Part shown: positions 24,871-38,286 of the stretch, piece by piece
Layout of the letters: each line of letters begins with the position of its first letter
Position numbering within the stretch: the first letter of the stretch is position 1
Origin: Octopus sinensis
Lineage: Eukaryota
Direction: 5' to 3'
NCBI RefSeq assembly: GCF_006345805.1
Contig: NC_042998.1
Span: 18,910,001-18,974,000, forward strand
Length of the DNA stretch: 64,000 nucleotides
Made by a program: the position numbers and the translations under genes
The notes under the pieces: generated by a model
The model's database searches: none
What the model was told of the DNA's origin: nothing
Seen by the model: the letters and a program-made list of their open reading frames with translations, nothing else

Positions 24871-25214
24871 GCTGGCAATTCTTTAATCCTGAAACCCAGT
24901 ATTATTCCCGATGATTTGTTGGAGAAGAAAGTCCGCTAAATTCTACACAGTATCAAGAATTTCACTTTCCGTTTTTTGTTGTCAATTATCCACCAAACTA
25001 AACAGGACTAAATCAACCGTCAGATAAACTTTACTACTACAACACGTATCATTATAGATATAAACTACGTTAGTATAATCCATCAATACATGACCTATTC
25101 TGTATATTTTCCACCAGTTCCCAAAGTTTTACGTCTTCCTGTCAAATATTTCGGGAAAGGTGTCAAACAAAATTAATTGACTTCAGTTTCTACTCTTACA
25201 TAAAATAATTACCC

Positions 25215-25605
25215 GAAAGTACGGGTTGCTTCCAGCAACTCTATTGCATCGCTGAAGCTCCGGCGTCGGCGATAGACTTCATAAACACCCACAAAGTTAT
25301 CAACCACCTCACCAACAACAACACTGAACACCTTTTTGATCTCCATGTGTCTAACACACGTGGACATGCCTACAAAGTCAGAACACAACACAGCTCCCAT
25401 GACTTTCGGAAACATTTTTTCACGCTCAGAGTTGCTGAAGCATGGAACAAACTGCCTGCGTCAGTTGTTGACTGCCATGACACTGCATCCCCAAAGGCCA
25501 TCATGCTTTCCGAAATCCGCCGAAACTACACCTGATTATACATACACTTTAGATGAGTTGTAGTGCACCTGAGCACTGTACACAATGTTTTATTATCTCG
25601 ACAAA
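25215..25605 (+). pseudogene. CR1/L2-clade LINE ORF2 C-terminal fragment and 3' UTR
   Basis: SNTRGHAYKV...FRKHFFTLRVAEAWNKLPASVV matches the CR1 TRGH...FF..RV...WN.LP terminal motif. Confidence 0.8.
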
Positions 25606-25745
25606 TATGCTGAACTGTATCAAAATAATGGTTCAAAAATACATAAGTTGACGAAATATACACATTGATAAATATAAGATACACGCACACACATACACAT
25701 GCTGTAGACGCACACATGCATACATAAATGTATACATACATACAT

Positions 25746-25796
<51 letters not shown>

Positions 25797-26069
25797 GGAG
25801 TATTTGTGTGTGTTTGAATTTATAAGTATATGCATGTGTTTGTGTAAGTGATACAAGCTGTGTTGTATGCATTTGTCCATTTTTAAACGACACAGATTAC
25901 GACCCTGGGCGTATATTCCGTTTAAAGAAAAAAATATAAATCCCCAAGCAACTGAAGTGCACACTCAACTACATACGAATAAGAATATTCATAAGTGGTT
26001 ATAAGAAGCCTCACTTCCGTAAAACCACATTTGGAAATGAAGGTGGTCTCTCGCTATTCTCCTTACTTT

Positions 26070-26189
26070 CCTATATTATTATTATTATTATTATTATTAT
26101 CATTATTATTATTATCATTATTATTATTATTATCATTATATTATTATCATTATTTTATTATTATCATTATTATTATATTATTATTATCA

Positions 26190-26260
<71 letters not shown>

Positions 26261-26322
26261 TATTATTATTATTATTATATATCATTATTATTATTATTAT
26301 TATATTATTATTATTATCATTA

Positions 26323-26384
<62 letters not shown>

Positions 26385-26475
26385 TATTATTATTATTATT
26401 ATCATTATTATTATTATTATTATTATCATTATTTATTATTATTATATTATCATTATATTATTATTATTATTATTA

Positions 26476-26524
<49 letters not shown>

Positions 26525-26671
26525 TATTATATTATTTATTATTATTATATATTATTATTATTATTATATTATATTATTATTATTATTATTTATTATTATT
26601 ATTATTATTATTAATTATTATTATTATTATTATTCATTATTATTATTATTATTATTATTATATTATTATTA

Positions 26672-26724
<53 letters not shown>

Positions 26725-26836
26725 TATTTTATTATTATTATTATTATTATTATCATTATTATTATTATATTATTATTATTATTATTATTATTTTATTATT
26801 ATTATTATTATTATTATATTATTATTATTATTATTA

Positions 26837-26872
<36 letters not shown>

Positions 26873-26892
26873 TATTATTATCATTATTATTA

Positions 26893-26931
<39 letters not shown>

Positions 26932-26949
26932 CATTATATTATTATTATT

Positions 26950-26980
<31 letters not shown>

Positions 26981-27067
26981 TATTATTATTATTATTATCA
27001 TTATTATTATTATTATTAATTATTATATTATTATTATTATCATTATTATTATCATTATTATTATATT

Positions 27068-27105
<38 letters not shown>

Positions 27106-27122
27106 ATATATTATTATTATTA

Positions 27123-27159
<37 letters not shown>

Positions 27160-27214
27160 CATTATTATTATTCTTATTATTATTATTATTTATTATTATT
27201 ATTATTTATTATTA

Positions 27215-27246
<32 letters not shown>

Positions 27247-27261
27247 TTATTATTATTATTA

Positions 27262-27313
<52 letters not shown>
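26070..27313. repeat. Long imperfect (TTA)n tract
   Basis: Direct reading. The 467-aa ORF over it is spurious. Confidence 0.95.
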
Positions 27314-27316
<3 letters not shown>

Positions 27317-28992
27317 TAGTTTTATTTTTATAGCGTGCTTTCACTTCACTACCGAGCGCAGCTCTGTGTGCCTTGGTATGTGCTGTGATTTGTTGTGATG
27401 CTCTGATGGTTATTGTATGGAAAGTGTTCTGCGTAGGATGTGTGCAGTGCCTAGTAGTGCAATTTTCTGTATGTGTTTGTAAGTCCTGGTGTTTTTGTTA
27501 TGTATTTGTCTGAATATTTTTTATCATGCCTAATGCACCTACTATGATAGGAATTGTTTCTGTTTTCAGATTCAACATTCTAGTTACGTCTATTTCCAGA
27601 TGTTTGTATTTTGAGAGTTTCTCCATTTCTTTTAGAGACACGTTGTCATCAGCCGGTATTGATACATCAATTAGAAAGCATTTTTCTTCTTCATGGTCTC
27701 TGACAACTATATCTGGTCTGTTGGCCTTAATTTCTCTATCTGTGTGTATCGGCATATCCCAGATTATGGTTGCTTTCTCGTTTTCTGTGACCTTTTCTGG
27801 TGTGTGCCTATACCATCTTTTTTCTGTTGTTATTCCATAATGTTGGCATAGCTTCCAATGTATGTAGGTTCCAACTCTGTCATGTCTGTGATTATATTCC
27901 TTCTTAGCTAGGACTGGGCAGCTAGAGATAATATGATTTATTGTTTCTTGTCCATCTCCACATATTCTGCAGTTACTTGTAATATTTCTTTTCATTACAT
28001 GTTTTTGGTAATTTCTGGTGGGGAGGCTTTGGTCTTGTGCTGCAATTAAAAATCCCTCTGTTTCTGCTTTGAGTCCTGAGCTTCTCAACCATTGCTGGGA
28101 TTTTTCTTTGTGTATTTCTTTTGCGTTTAGTTTAGGCCAGTATTTACCATGAAGGGGCTTTTCTTGCCATCGTTTTATCATGGTTCGTAGCTGTTCTATT
28201 TTTAGTTTGGATTTCATTTGTTTTATAGCTTTTGTTATTTCTTCATCTTCTTCTTCTTCTTCATGTTTATTAGGTGGTATGATTTCTTGTTTGTATTTGT
28301 CAGCTTCCTTAAATACTGAGAACAGTTTTTTTTTTGCTCGTGTTTTGCCGCTATCTGGATCAGTTTTCCTTCCTTCTGAAGTAGATATTTTTGCAGTCCT
28401 ATGGTGGTTATTTTATAGTAGTTTTCCAGCTGTATAAGGCCTCTACAACCTATACGTTGTATATATAGTCTTTCTATGTCAGATTTTGGGTGATGCATCC
28501 TAGATCCTGTCATTATTTTTCTTGTTTTCCTATCTATTTTGGTCAGTTCATTTCGTGTCCAGTTAAGGATATTGTAGCTGTAACTTATAACTGGGACAGC
28601 TAAAGTGTTGATACCTATTATCTTGTTTTTAGCATTGAGCTCTGTGTTTAGTATTGATCTAACTCGTCTATAATATTTTTTTTTATTTTCTCTTTCATTT
28701 GTGTGTGTTGTGTCTTATCTAGGTCATGGATTCCTAAGTATTTGTAAGTTTGGCTTTGGTCTAATTCTTTTATTTCATTGGTTTTATCTAGTGTGATGTT
28801 GTTACTCTTAACTAGTTTTCCTCTTTTCATGGTTACTTTGGCGCATTTTTCTAATCCAAATTTCATATCTATTTCTTTGGTAAATCCATGAACTGTCTTT
28901 AATAGTGTTTCCAGCTGTTTGTCATTTGCAGCGTATAGTTTTAGGTCATCCATATATAAAAGGTGGCTGATCGTTTTGCCGTAACATTTATA
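27314..28992 (-). mobile_element. 5'-truncated R4/Dong-clade non-LTR retrotransposon (RT end, CCHC finger, restriction-like endonuclease)
   Basis: Frameshifted pieces: HLLYMDDLKLYA...GMKFGLEKCAKV-like RT; CRICGDGQETINHIISSC; HDRV; NRPDIVV...LIDVSIP...K..KY; PIIVGALG. (TAA)n on both flanks, the established Dong target. Confidence 0.88.
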
Positions 28993-28994
28993 TT

Positions 28995-29331
28995 CGCTAT
29001 TATCATTATTAATACAATTATTATTATTATTAATATTATTATTATTATTATTATCATCATCATCATCATCATCATCATTATCATTATCATCAGCATCATC
29101 ATCATCATTATTATTATTATTGTTATTATTATTATTGTTATTATTATTATTGTTATTATTATTGTTGTTGTTATTATTATGTTATTATTATTATTATTAT
29201 TATATTATCATATCATCATCATCATCATCATTATCATTATCATCAGCATCATCATCATCATTATTATTATTATGTTATTATTATTATTGTTATTATTATT
29301 ATTGTTATTATTATTGTTGTTGTTATTATTA

Positions 29332-29363
<32 letters not shown>

Positions 29364-29490
29364 GTTGTTGTTGTTGTTATTGTTGTTTGTTATTGCTGTT
29401 GTTGTTATTGTTGTTGTTGTTGTTGCTGTTGTTATTGTTATTGTTATTATTATTATTATTATTATTTTCCTAAATTATCATTATCATTAT
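28995..29490. repeat. Compound (ATT)/(ATC)/(GTT)n tract with an internal duplication
   Basis: Direct reading. Confidence 0.9.
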
Positions 29491-29601
29491 TATAGTTATT
29501 GATGTTACCATGCTTGTATCTTTCAAAATTGCATGCTACTTATAAGCCGTTGTATCACCGACGACACTATAAATCGTGATAGCGGAATGAATTTTCTTTA
29601 T

Positions 29602-29982
29602 ACTAGCAGTATTGCCTGGCGATGCTCGGGTTTGTTTCGACCCTTTAGAATTGGAATTTTTGAAAAGTAAAAATTTTGCGTTATATCGCTGGTTATTTTC
29701 TTCAAGAGAACATTTTTCTGATTGAAATACACAAAAAAATGGCGACAGAGCAGTCAAAAATCGTAAAAAATAGGGATTTTCATAGTAAAAAAGCACCTTT
29801 TTGATGTAAATAATGTTTGATGTTAACATGGTCCGATTTGAATTTTTTCTTCTACGGAAGGAAGAGCAAGCCGTCTTATATCACACTCTCAATTTTCGTC
29901 AACTTGTGCCGCAGGAGATAGTGTTAGTTGGAGGCTACCGAACCTGCCATACACAGACAACTTCAGCTTTATATAGAAAGAG
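29602..29982 (+). mobile_element. Non-autonomous Helitron-like repeat
   Basis: Starts ACTAGCAGTATTGCCTGGCGATGCTCGGGTTTGT and ends acagacaacttcagctttatata. Both ends resemble the 2875-3768 copies; the interior differs. Confidence 0.5.
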
Positions 29983-30184
29983 ATTAGCATGTAGTTAAAG
30001 ACAAATTGGAGAGAGTTCATAGATCAAAACCATCACAGTTAAGTATTGGCATATACTTTAACAATGGCACAAAACAATAATGATCATATTTGATTGAGAT
30101 AGAATTTTAAATCTAATGTAAAGTTGATAGAATTATATGTTGTAAATGATTTACTCGCAATATTTCTACGCATCACTTTTACCG

Positions 30185-30473
30185 GGTGTGGCTGTGTGAT
30201 CAGAAAACTACTTCTCAACCATGTGTTTCTGAATTCAGTCCCACTGCGTGACATTCTGGTCGGGTGTGTTCAGCTGTTATTCAGGGGTCGGCCACAGCCG
30301 TTCGAATGAATTTGGTAGGTTTAAACTGAAATAAACTCGCCATGTACGTAAGTATGTATGTATGTATGTATGTATGTATGTATGTATGTATGTATGTATG
30401 TATGTATGTATGTATGTATGTATAGATATAGATATAGATAGAAGAAAATATAGTTAAATAGATAGAATGATAC

Positions 30474-30525
<52 letters not shown>

Positions 30526-31425
30526 TAGATAGATAGATAGATAGATAGATACCGTAAATCCTCGAGTATAATCCGCATTTTTTTCCCTAATTTTTTTGGA
30601 CAAAATCCCTAGTGCGTACTATATACGATGTTAAAAATGAGAATTATTTTCTAAGCAATGTCCGAGTCTTTATTTGCTGTCCGGCAATGTTTATTCAGAC
30701 ATTTTGTGATGTCGGGTGCAAAAATACCTTAAGCTAAGCCTGAAGGCAATGACGTCATAAAAGAATCATCCATAACTTGTAGTAAGCAACATTTATTAAA
30801 ATAAAAGTATTCAGAACAGAGAATAACATGTAAAAAAACAATTTGCAAACATATTTACATTTCCATATAACAGTTAAGAACATCACCATTATTGTATTAC
30901 GCCTGCGCGGAAGTGTTTGCTCGACTAGGTGCTGCTGCCTTAATTACGCACGACTCAAGTTAGAGAAGGGGTGCGTATTATACACAAGGTTTAGGTTTTT
31001 CAGAGGTACAATCACCAAAAAATCCCCTGCGTATTATATTCAAGGGTGAACTATACTCGAGGATTTACGGTAGATAGATATATAGAGATAGATAGATAGA
31101 TAGATAGATAGATATATACATACATACATACATACATACATACATACATACATACATACATACATACATACATACATACATACATAGAAAGTAATGCGAG
31201 AGTACGTATGTGTATGCAATTATGTCTGCGTTGAATTTGTCCTCACAAACTGGTGGCGGTTTGTTAGCGTCCTGATAACGAAGGAGTTCAGTTTCGCAAA
31301 ATACCGTAGAATGAGACTCAAAAATAAGTATGGGCGAGGGGCGATTTGTTCGATTAACACTTCAATGACATGCCCCAGTATGGATGCAGTCCAACAGTTG
31401 AAACATGTAAATAATAAAAGATCAA
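30185..31425 (+). mobile_element. Old SINE-A copy split by an expanded internal microsatellite and a nested MITE
   Basis: Head at 30185-30350 (ttcagtcccactgcgtgacatt) and tail at 31240-31425 (gatttgttcgattaa...ccccagtatggatgcagtcc), with (TATG)/(TAGA)n between. Confidence 0.6.
30552..31070. mobile_element. 519-bp MITE (Tc1/mariner-pogo type) with perfect TIRs and TA TSD
   Basis: TA-ccgtaaatcctcgagtata ... tatactcgaggatttacgg-TA, 19-bp perfect TIR, inside (TAGA)n. Confidence 0.9.
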
Positions 31426-32326
31426 TGACAGAAATTACATTGATTTGAAATTTTGGCACAGGGCCATCAATTTCGGGGACTTATTTTATCAACACTCGAG
31501 TGTATCAAACACATACTAAACTTTGGCGGAATTTGAACTCAGTACGTGAAGACCAACGAAGTGCTCTTAAGCATTTCGCCCGGTATACTAATCTTTCTAC
31601 TAGCTCTCCCGCTTACATGCCAAAAGATATATTAAAACTTATTCTTATTCACATTGGAAACATAGACATATCCCGGACAAAGAGAAATATATGATGTTTG
31701 CTAAGCCGAATCGTGCTGCCCCAACTGATGCGCCAACGGAATTAGCCGAAACTGACCGATCAGTATATGGAATTCACGACCGGTGTTTTATTAGAATTTC
31801 AATTCTGTGCATAAGGGTCTGTTCATTTCAAAACCTGGCCTTGCATTGCATTATCTTCTGACAGGCAATTGCACAAACTTTGATAGATTCTAACATGGTA
31901 GTGTTATAAAATATCGTGGTCACGTATTGTTTTATTATAGGATGTGGATTAATATAGAAACATGAAAAATAAAGTACTTGTCTTTTATCCGGAAATAAAT
32001 ACAAAAACTGAAGTGCCCACGATTTCAATTTAGAATAGAAAGAGGAACGAACAAAGGCACTGCGCAATACTTTGAGCACGTCGTTTTCCCGGAAATATCT
32101 GTCTCCTTAACTAAAGAATGAGATTTCACAAATACACTTCAAGCACTTAATTTATCAGCCTCTCCATCCATTCACAACACTAAATGTTTCCTTTATGTAA
32201 GCACATACACATTGTTATATGTGTGAGTGCATGTGTAGGCGTGTATGTATGTAAAAAGCTCATCTATATATGTGTGTGTATGTATGTATACACATTCCAC
32301 ATATACATATATATCTCTATATTTCC

Positions 32327-32400
<74 letters not shown>

Positions 32401-32626
32401 ACCTATCTCAAAATGGACGGACGCTAGTCATATCGGCTCCACGTAAGTTGGCCACTTTTACATGTTTAAAACTCCTTGTTGTCAAATATTTTGTTTTAAT
32501 CGTTGTGCAAGTTCATTCACTAAAAAACCTGAGAATTATTCACGTAGAATTCCGCCCCTGTATGGGCGAAATTACCAGAAACTTTCAAAACTTTCGTTGG
32601 TTTTTTAGCCATTTTTCATTTTGAAA

Positions 32627-34630
32627 ATGGCAACTAGAAACCACGTGGCTAGCCCGCCAGTCATGCAGAACGGTAGCAAAACACTATTGCTACCACTAGC
32701 TGCTAAACATCGCAGCGTGAACACCGCTGTCACCACCATCACCACCACCACCAACAACAACAACAAAACTAACGTCGCATTCACCATCGCCGCGACCAAA
32801 GACATTAACTTAGATTTCCCCTCACTCCCCACACCACTTGTTGATGATAAAGGGACGGAGAAAGGGATTTCAAAAATGAATACAAACGAAAACATGAATG
32901 CCAGCACCACCACCATCACCACCACCAACAACAACAACGAAATTGGCACAAAGCCGCCTACCAAAGACAACACCGCCAACACCAACACCACTACTACGAC
33001 GTCAAATGCTACATCCAAGCCTTCTGCTGCTAATACCGCCAACACCAACACCACTACCATGACTTCAATTAACACTGCCACAATTAACACTTCTACTGCC
33101 AAATTCAAAACGAATTTTGCGGACGTAACAAAACAAAAAAGAACAATTGTAACATTCACCACACAAGAGATAAACCGCACAAAGGCACTCTTCTCCAAAG
33201 AAGGAGACAAATTGCACCTTCACATTCCACAACACATCGTGGAAAACACACAAAAAAAAACAATAATTTATAAAGTAATAAACAAGAAAACAAGAAGAAC
33301 AGAAAATGCACCGCAGGAAAAAATCGAAAAATGCCTTCGTCCTGCATGGGACTCCAAGGATTATATCAGTTGGGGAAACAAATTTGGTACAGTCCAAGTA
33401 CGTTTCCTCAACGAAAGTTTAGCAAAACGTTTTTCCACATTGGCGCTGCATTCGGACGACTTGGTAATGATACCAGTCTATTTAAACAAAAGGGTCACGA
33501 AAGTCCAAATAAAAAACATACCACTTGAAGTCGAAACACAATGGTTGGTCTCTGCCATCTGCTTTGAAATGACAGAGACAATGTCAGAGACAAACATCCT
33601 TGAAATCGCGGTTCTAGGAGAGAAAGACTATGTGGGCAAATCAATCGAATTCCTGCTTCAATTGGATAAAGCAGCAAGAGAGAAGATACCCACCGCTATA
33701 GAACTGCCAGGAGGCTACAAACTCTATATAGTGGTAGAGGGCAGGCGACCACGCTGCTATTTGTGTGGAAGCGAAACACACCTGAAAAAGACGTGCCCAA
33801 CCACTGCAAACCAAGAGCAACAACAACAACCACTACCACAACCAAAGCACTCCGGAAAAAAAGCTCTACTACCCACACCACCATCAACACAGAAGACGAC
33901 AAGAGAAGCACACCAAGCTAGTCCGTCATCAACCAAAAACCACTCAACACCTGAAAAAATACCAACACCACCAACAACAGCAAAACCCAAAGGAACAGAA
34001 AAACAAAGAAAACACACACAAACTGATCCCCCATCCCTTATACCGCACTCAACACACACAAACACTCAACAACCAACAACAACGAAAACAACAACACAAC
34101 CACTTACACAGACATACATAGAAGCCCACAACATACCCCTACCCCCTACTGATTCCTCAGAAATTTCGTCGGAAGACGAAACCAGTGAGGAATGGCAAAT
34201 AGCTACAAAAAGAAGGAAAATAAAGAGCAGAAACACAACCAAACCAAATGCAAACACGAACAAAGCAGGGGGAAATACATCTCACGAAGACATTTCAAAA
34301 CCCAACGCAAACAACAGCAACACCAACACCACAAAAATATATACAGCAAACATGCTCACCGCTATAGACACCAAAAACACAAATTTGATGGAATACATCC
34401 AATCAAAAACAAACATAACAGAAGATGACATAAAAACAAACAATCACCCATACACAACACCACCAGACCACATCAAAATATTACACATCTCCAAAAGTCT
34501 GCACCACACACTCAAAGGCATTTTCCCCAGCGCGGTTGGTAAATGCCAAAAATATCTCACAAAGAAACTGTACTGGGATCTCCTCGAGGACAAACCAAAG
34601 GAGGAGAAAGCAAAAACTTTCGAGCAGTAA
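32627..34630 (+). CDS. Tx1-like LINE ORF1 (gag-like; Thr/Asn-rich N-terminus, CCHC zinc knuckle)
   Basis: Uninterrupted ORF, first ATG at 32627, with CYLCGSETHLKKTC (CX2CX4HX4C). Confidence 0.85.
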   Translation: MATRNHVASPPVMQNGSKTLLLPLAAKHRSVNTAVTTITTTTNNNNKTNVAFTIAATKDINLDFPSLPTPLVDDKGTEKGISKMNTNENMNASTTTITTTNNNNEIGTKPPTKDNTANTNTTTTTSNATSKPSAANTANTNTTTMTSINTATINTSTAKFKTNFADVTKQKRTIVTFTTQEINRTKALFSKEGDKLHLHIPQHIVENTQKKTIIYKVINKKTRRTENAPQEKIEKCLRPAWDSKDYISWGNKFGTVQVRFLNESLAKRFSTLALHSDDLVMIPVYLNKRVTKVQIKNIPLEVETQWLVSAICFEMTETMSETNILEIAVLGEKDYVGKSIEFLLQLDKAAREKIPTAIELPGGYKLYIVVEGRRPRCYLCGSETHLKKTCPTTANQEQQQQPLPQPKHSGKKALLPTPPSTQKTTREAHQASPSSTKNHSTPEKIPTPPTTAKPKGTEKQRKHTQTDPPSLIPHSTHTNTQQPTTTKTTTQPLTQTYIEAHNIPLPPTDSSEISSEDETSEEWQIATKRRKIKSRNTTKPNANTNKAGGNTSHEDISKPNANNSNTNTTKIYTANMLTAIDTKNTNLMEYIQSKTNITEDDIKTNNHPYTTPPDHIKILHISKSLHHTLKGIFPSAVGKCQKYLTKKLYWDLLEDKPKEEKAKTFEQ

Positions 34631-34674
34631 GTAACCCTCTGTTCCTTTCACTTGTATTCTAATTCATTAGGACT

Positions 34675-37600
34675 ATGATCAAGATTGGTTGTGTAAATGC
34701 GCGTGGCTTGGGGTCCCCTTGGAAACAAGGGTACCTCTTAAATGAGATAAAGTCACATAAGTTAGAAATCATAGCCATAAGTGAGACCAGACTCCACAAT
34801 CCGCGGGCCCTATAGACCATGTTTGGCGGACAGTTCAACATTTATTTTTCCCCCTGTCTGCCGAGAATGGGCTGTAGTGGCACCGCGGTACTTTTTCACA
34901 AGAGTCTGGATCTCAAAGTAAGGACAATATTCGTAGACCCGGAGGGTAGACTGGTCGTCCTGGATGTCGACGGCAGCAATGGGTGCGCTTTTCGACTCGT
35001 ATCAGTCTACGCACCGCCCTTAACAGGTCGGGCGGATTTCTTTCAACGTCTAGAAGTATTCTTGGGAACGTCTCGTCCTTTACTCTTAGTGGGGGATTGG
35101 AATGCTACCTTGGACACGCATGTAGACTACGTGGGTAGAGATAGGAATAGACGGGGATGCAAATGCCTCAGAGACCTGCTCAGACGCTTTCAACTGTCTG
35201 ACAGGTTCCGACTAGACCACCCGAATGCGCCAACGTGGTCATGGAGCAACCGCATCGGGTCGTCGAGATCGTATCTAGATAGGATACTGTGTAGGACAGT
35301 AGACAGAGATAGCATAGGATGTCCACAATTCCACATAGTCAGCTACACGGATCACAAACTTGTGACATGTACGCTAGACTTAGGTAAGACACTTAGGCAG
35401 GGTCCCGATACTGGAAACTAAACGCGTCTTTCCATCGAGACAGGTTTTGAGAGACCGGATTAGCACACTAGTAAAGAGGGCTTTGACGGGAGCCATCATC
35501 AACAACAAATGGTGGTTTGCCCTCAAGAGAGCAGTAAAAGCAGAAGCGATTAGGTACAGCAAAGCACTAGCCATAGATAGAAATAGAGCAGAGGGTGAGC
35601 TAGTTAAGAAGCTAGAAGAGGCAATTAGAAGCGGCATCGCATCCGACGTTTTGGCGGCGAGGTTGGCCCTCGACCAACACTTCAACGCCAAACACGAAGG
35701 ATGTGCTGTCAGAGCTAGGATGCGTGCTCTAAGGAACGAAGGTGTTGGAGCCGCGAGAGAGGCCCGGGTGGCAGAGGCGCAACAGGGCAACAAAGCCACC
35801 ATTCGGTCCCTGGTAGATGAACAGGGGCGCGAATTGCTCGAGCCAAGTAAAATGTGTGAGGCCTTTCAGCAGCATTTTGCCCGACTGTTCGGAACGAGTG
35901 GAGGGCAAGAACGTAGGGTGGACTTCAGTGCCTACCTACATAGCCTACCACGACTCTCGACAAGAAAGGCAGGGTGCTGCGAAGGTGCCATCACGGCGGC
36001 GGAAGTGCAGGAAGCGATGGCAGAATGCTCGGGGGACAAATCACCGGGTTTGGATGGTCTACCCTACGAGCTTTACAATTGTATGCCAGACTTGTTTGGA
36101 GATCTCTTTGCGGCGGTGTACTGCAACTGGCAGCAAAACGGGAGCATTCCTGGTTTTGTGAGCCGAAGAGCCGTAACACTGCTGAAGAAAGATCTAAACA
36201 AGGGAAATGTAATAGATAACTTTAGGCCCATCACTCTGCTTAATGCAGACTTGAAAATTTTGGCCAAGGTGCTAGCCAAGAGGTTGGCGCTTGTCATCGA
36301 GAAACTGGTCGACAAGGCGCAAACATGCGCCGTGCCAGGCCGGACCATCCATGACAACCTCCACCTGATGCGCTACATCATAGACAGGGTAGTTAACGAA
36401 CCTGGCATGGGTGGGGCGCTGATCAATTTGGATCAATCAAAAGCTTTCGATAGAGTGGACCATCGATACTTGGAGGCGGTCCTCGGAGCGGCTGACTTCG
36501 GTCCCGTCTTCCGCGGCTGGATAGCCGCTTTGTACAGAGGCATCCGTTCGGTAATTCGCGTGAATGGACATCTATCGAGACCCTTCGACATCGCACGTTC
36601 GGTCCGTCAGGGATGCCTCCTCTCGTCGCTTCTATACGTATTGACTCTCGAGCCATTACTGCGGAAGCTGGAAACCTTGAGAGGCATCCCGCGAGAACTG
36701 GGATGCGGGACGAGCGTGTCTGCATACGCGGACGACGTCACCGTCATAGTGTCTAGCCACGAGCACATCGAGCAGGTCGGCGAGACACTGAAAAACTACG
36801 AAGCGGTGACAGGAGCGAAAATCAACCGGGAAAAGTCAGTGGGCTTGCGACTAGGCACCTGGAGAAGCAAGCCCATGCCGTCCACCAGCGCCTCCGTCGT
36901 GGTTGATGATGCGCAGACACGCGCTGAGACTGCGACATCTCTGGCTCTATGTAGACGACGGTGACCAGGTGTGGTCGCCGTTTGTGAGGCACGCTTTCCC
37001 GCAACTCGTCTCCATGACCGAACTGCAGTCGTGGATCAAAAAGAGGCCGGGGAAGGGCGAATGGCACCGCAAGTGTCGCGTTGCTCTCAAGCAACTCTGC
37101 CGTCCTGGGTCGACCGTGAGTGATTTCAACACAACCAAAGCATTCTATAGGGGTTTAGTGGAGGGGAAGTACGACGACGAGCTCGGGGCGTACCTGGACG
37201 TCGACGAGGAGTACCTGACCCGCCTGTTCAGGACGACTTTCGGGCCAGGGCCCATGGACAACTTCCAGAGATCCCTGGCCTGGCAGTGCTACCGAGAAGC
37301 GCTATCCGTTCGGGATAAGCTCTACAGACACGGCTCGAGAAACACGGGGCCGACCTGCCCGAAATGCGCTCAGAGCGACGAAACCGTTCTGCACGCACTC
37401 GTGCAGTGTCCAACAATTTCCGACCTGTGGGCTTATGTCGAACAACTGCTGTCACGTGTGGGACGAGTCGGTTTATCAGCTGAGTCTATCGTCAATATTG
37501 TCACGCCTCCTTCCTTCAAACGGGAAGGAAGAGCTATTTTCATCATCCTTGTGGCTATGGCGAAAGAATGTATCTGGTGGACGCGTCTGAAAGGATTGGA

Positions 37601-37775
37601 GACAAACACTTTCCTCTCTGGTCAATCTCTCATCAACTTCTTCAAGTACCACTTGAAAAGGAAAGTGAGAGTAGAGAGGCAAGTTTTGTCTAGCGAATGT
37701 TTTAAAAAAAGATGGGTGAATGTAGCAAGAATGGCACGTATGAATGACGAAGCCACCTTGAGCATGATCCTATGA
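34675..37775 (+). pseudogene. Tx1-like LINE ORF2 (APE endonuclease, reverse transcriptase, C-terminal Zn finger), disrupted
   Basis: IKIGCVNARG...ISET, VYAP, GDWN, YLDRI, TDH (APE); KSPGLDG, RPITLLNAD, DQSKAFDRV, RQGC, YADD (RT); CPKC...ETVLHALVQC. In-frame TAG at 34813-34815 and frameshifts near 35400 and 36900. Confidence 0.92.
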
Positions 37776-38199
37776 ACCCAGAAATTGAAAACAGAGATTT
37801 GCTTATTCGCAAAAAAAAAAAAAAAAAAAAGAAATATAACATGTGACTCCATTGACCGAGGTTACCGTGGTCTTTTCCGTATGCTTTTCTTTCCACGGGT
37901 AAACCTCACCTGTCCTCCCCTTTACACTTCATATTGACATTTCTGTGATAACAATCCCTATTGATCAATTTTTTTTTTTTTCCTCTCCCCCTTTTTTTTA
38001 ACCCCCCTTTTTTTGTCCTCTTTCTCTCCTTTTACGATCACTTTTGATCGAAAATCCCCCTTCCTTTTTTTTTTAAACCTTCAAAAGAAAAGCTCTACCT
38101 TGTAATTTGTTCTATCTGTGTGCAGCCCTGTGTGGCTAATAAAGAAACATATCTTCTTGTCAACTTGTCTCTATATATACGCATAAGCATACTCTCTCT

Positions 38200-38280
<81 letters not shown>

Positions 38281-38286
<6 letters not shown>

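Larger units (their letters stand above)
32402..38147 (+). mobile_element. Near full-length Tx1/L1-clade LINE (~5.75 kb)
   Basis: Two-ORF structure: zinc-knuckle ORF1 and APE-RT-CCHC ORF2. The 3' UTR ends in aataaagaaa. (TATC)n lies immediately 5'. Confidence 0.92.

Noticed and set aside
25995-27398. 467-aa ORF and the many IY/CV/TH/LLL-rich ORFs in the track
   Set aside because: They are translations of (TTA)n, (TA)n, (TG)n and similar microsatellites, with no domain content.
32605-33210. Antisense ORFs over the Tx1 element (also 35380-35802 and 36073-36357)
   Set aside because: Shadows of the real sense ORFs.
37810-37830. Poly(A) run as the Tx1 3' end
   Set aside because: Homology with the second copy (61123-61525) lies beyond it and extends to 38147, so the A run is internal to the 3' UTR.
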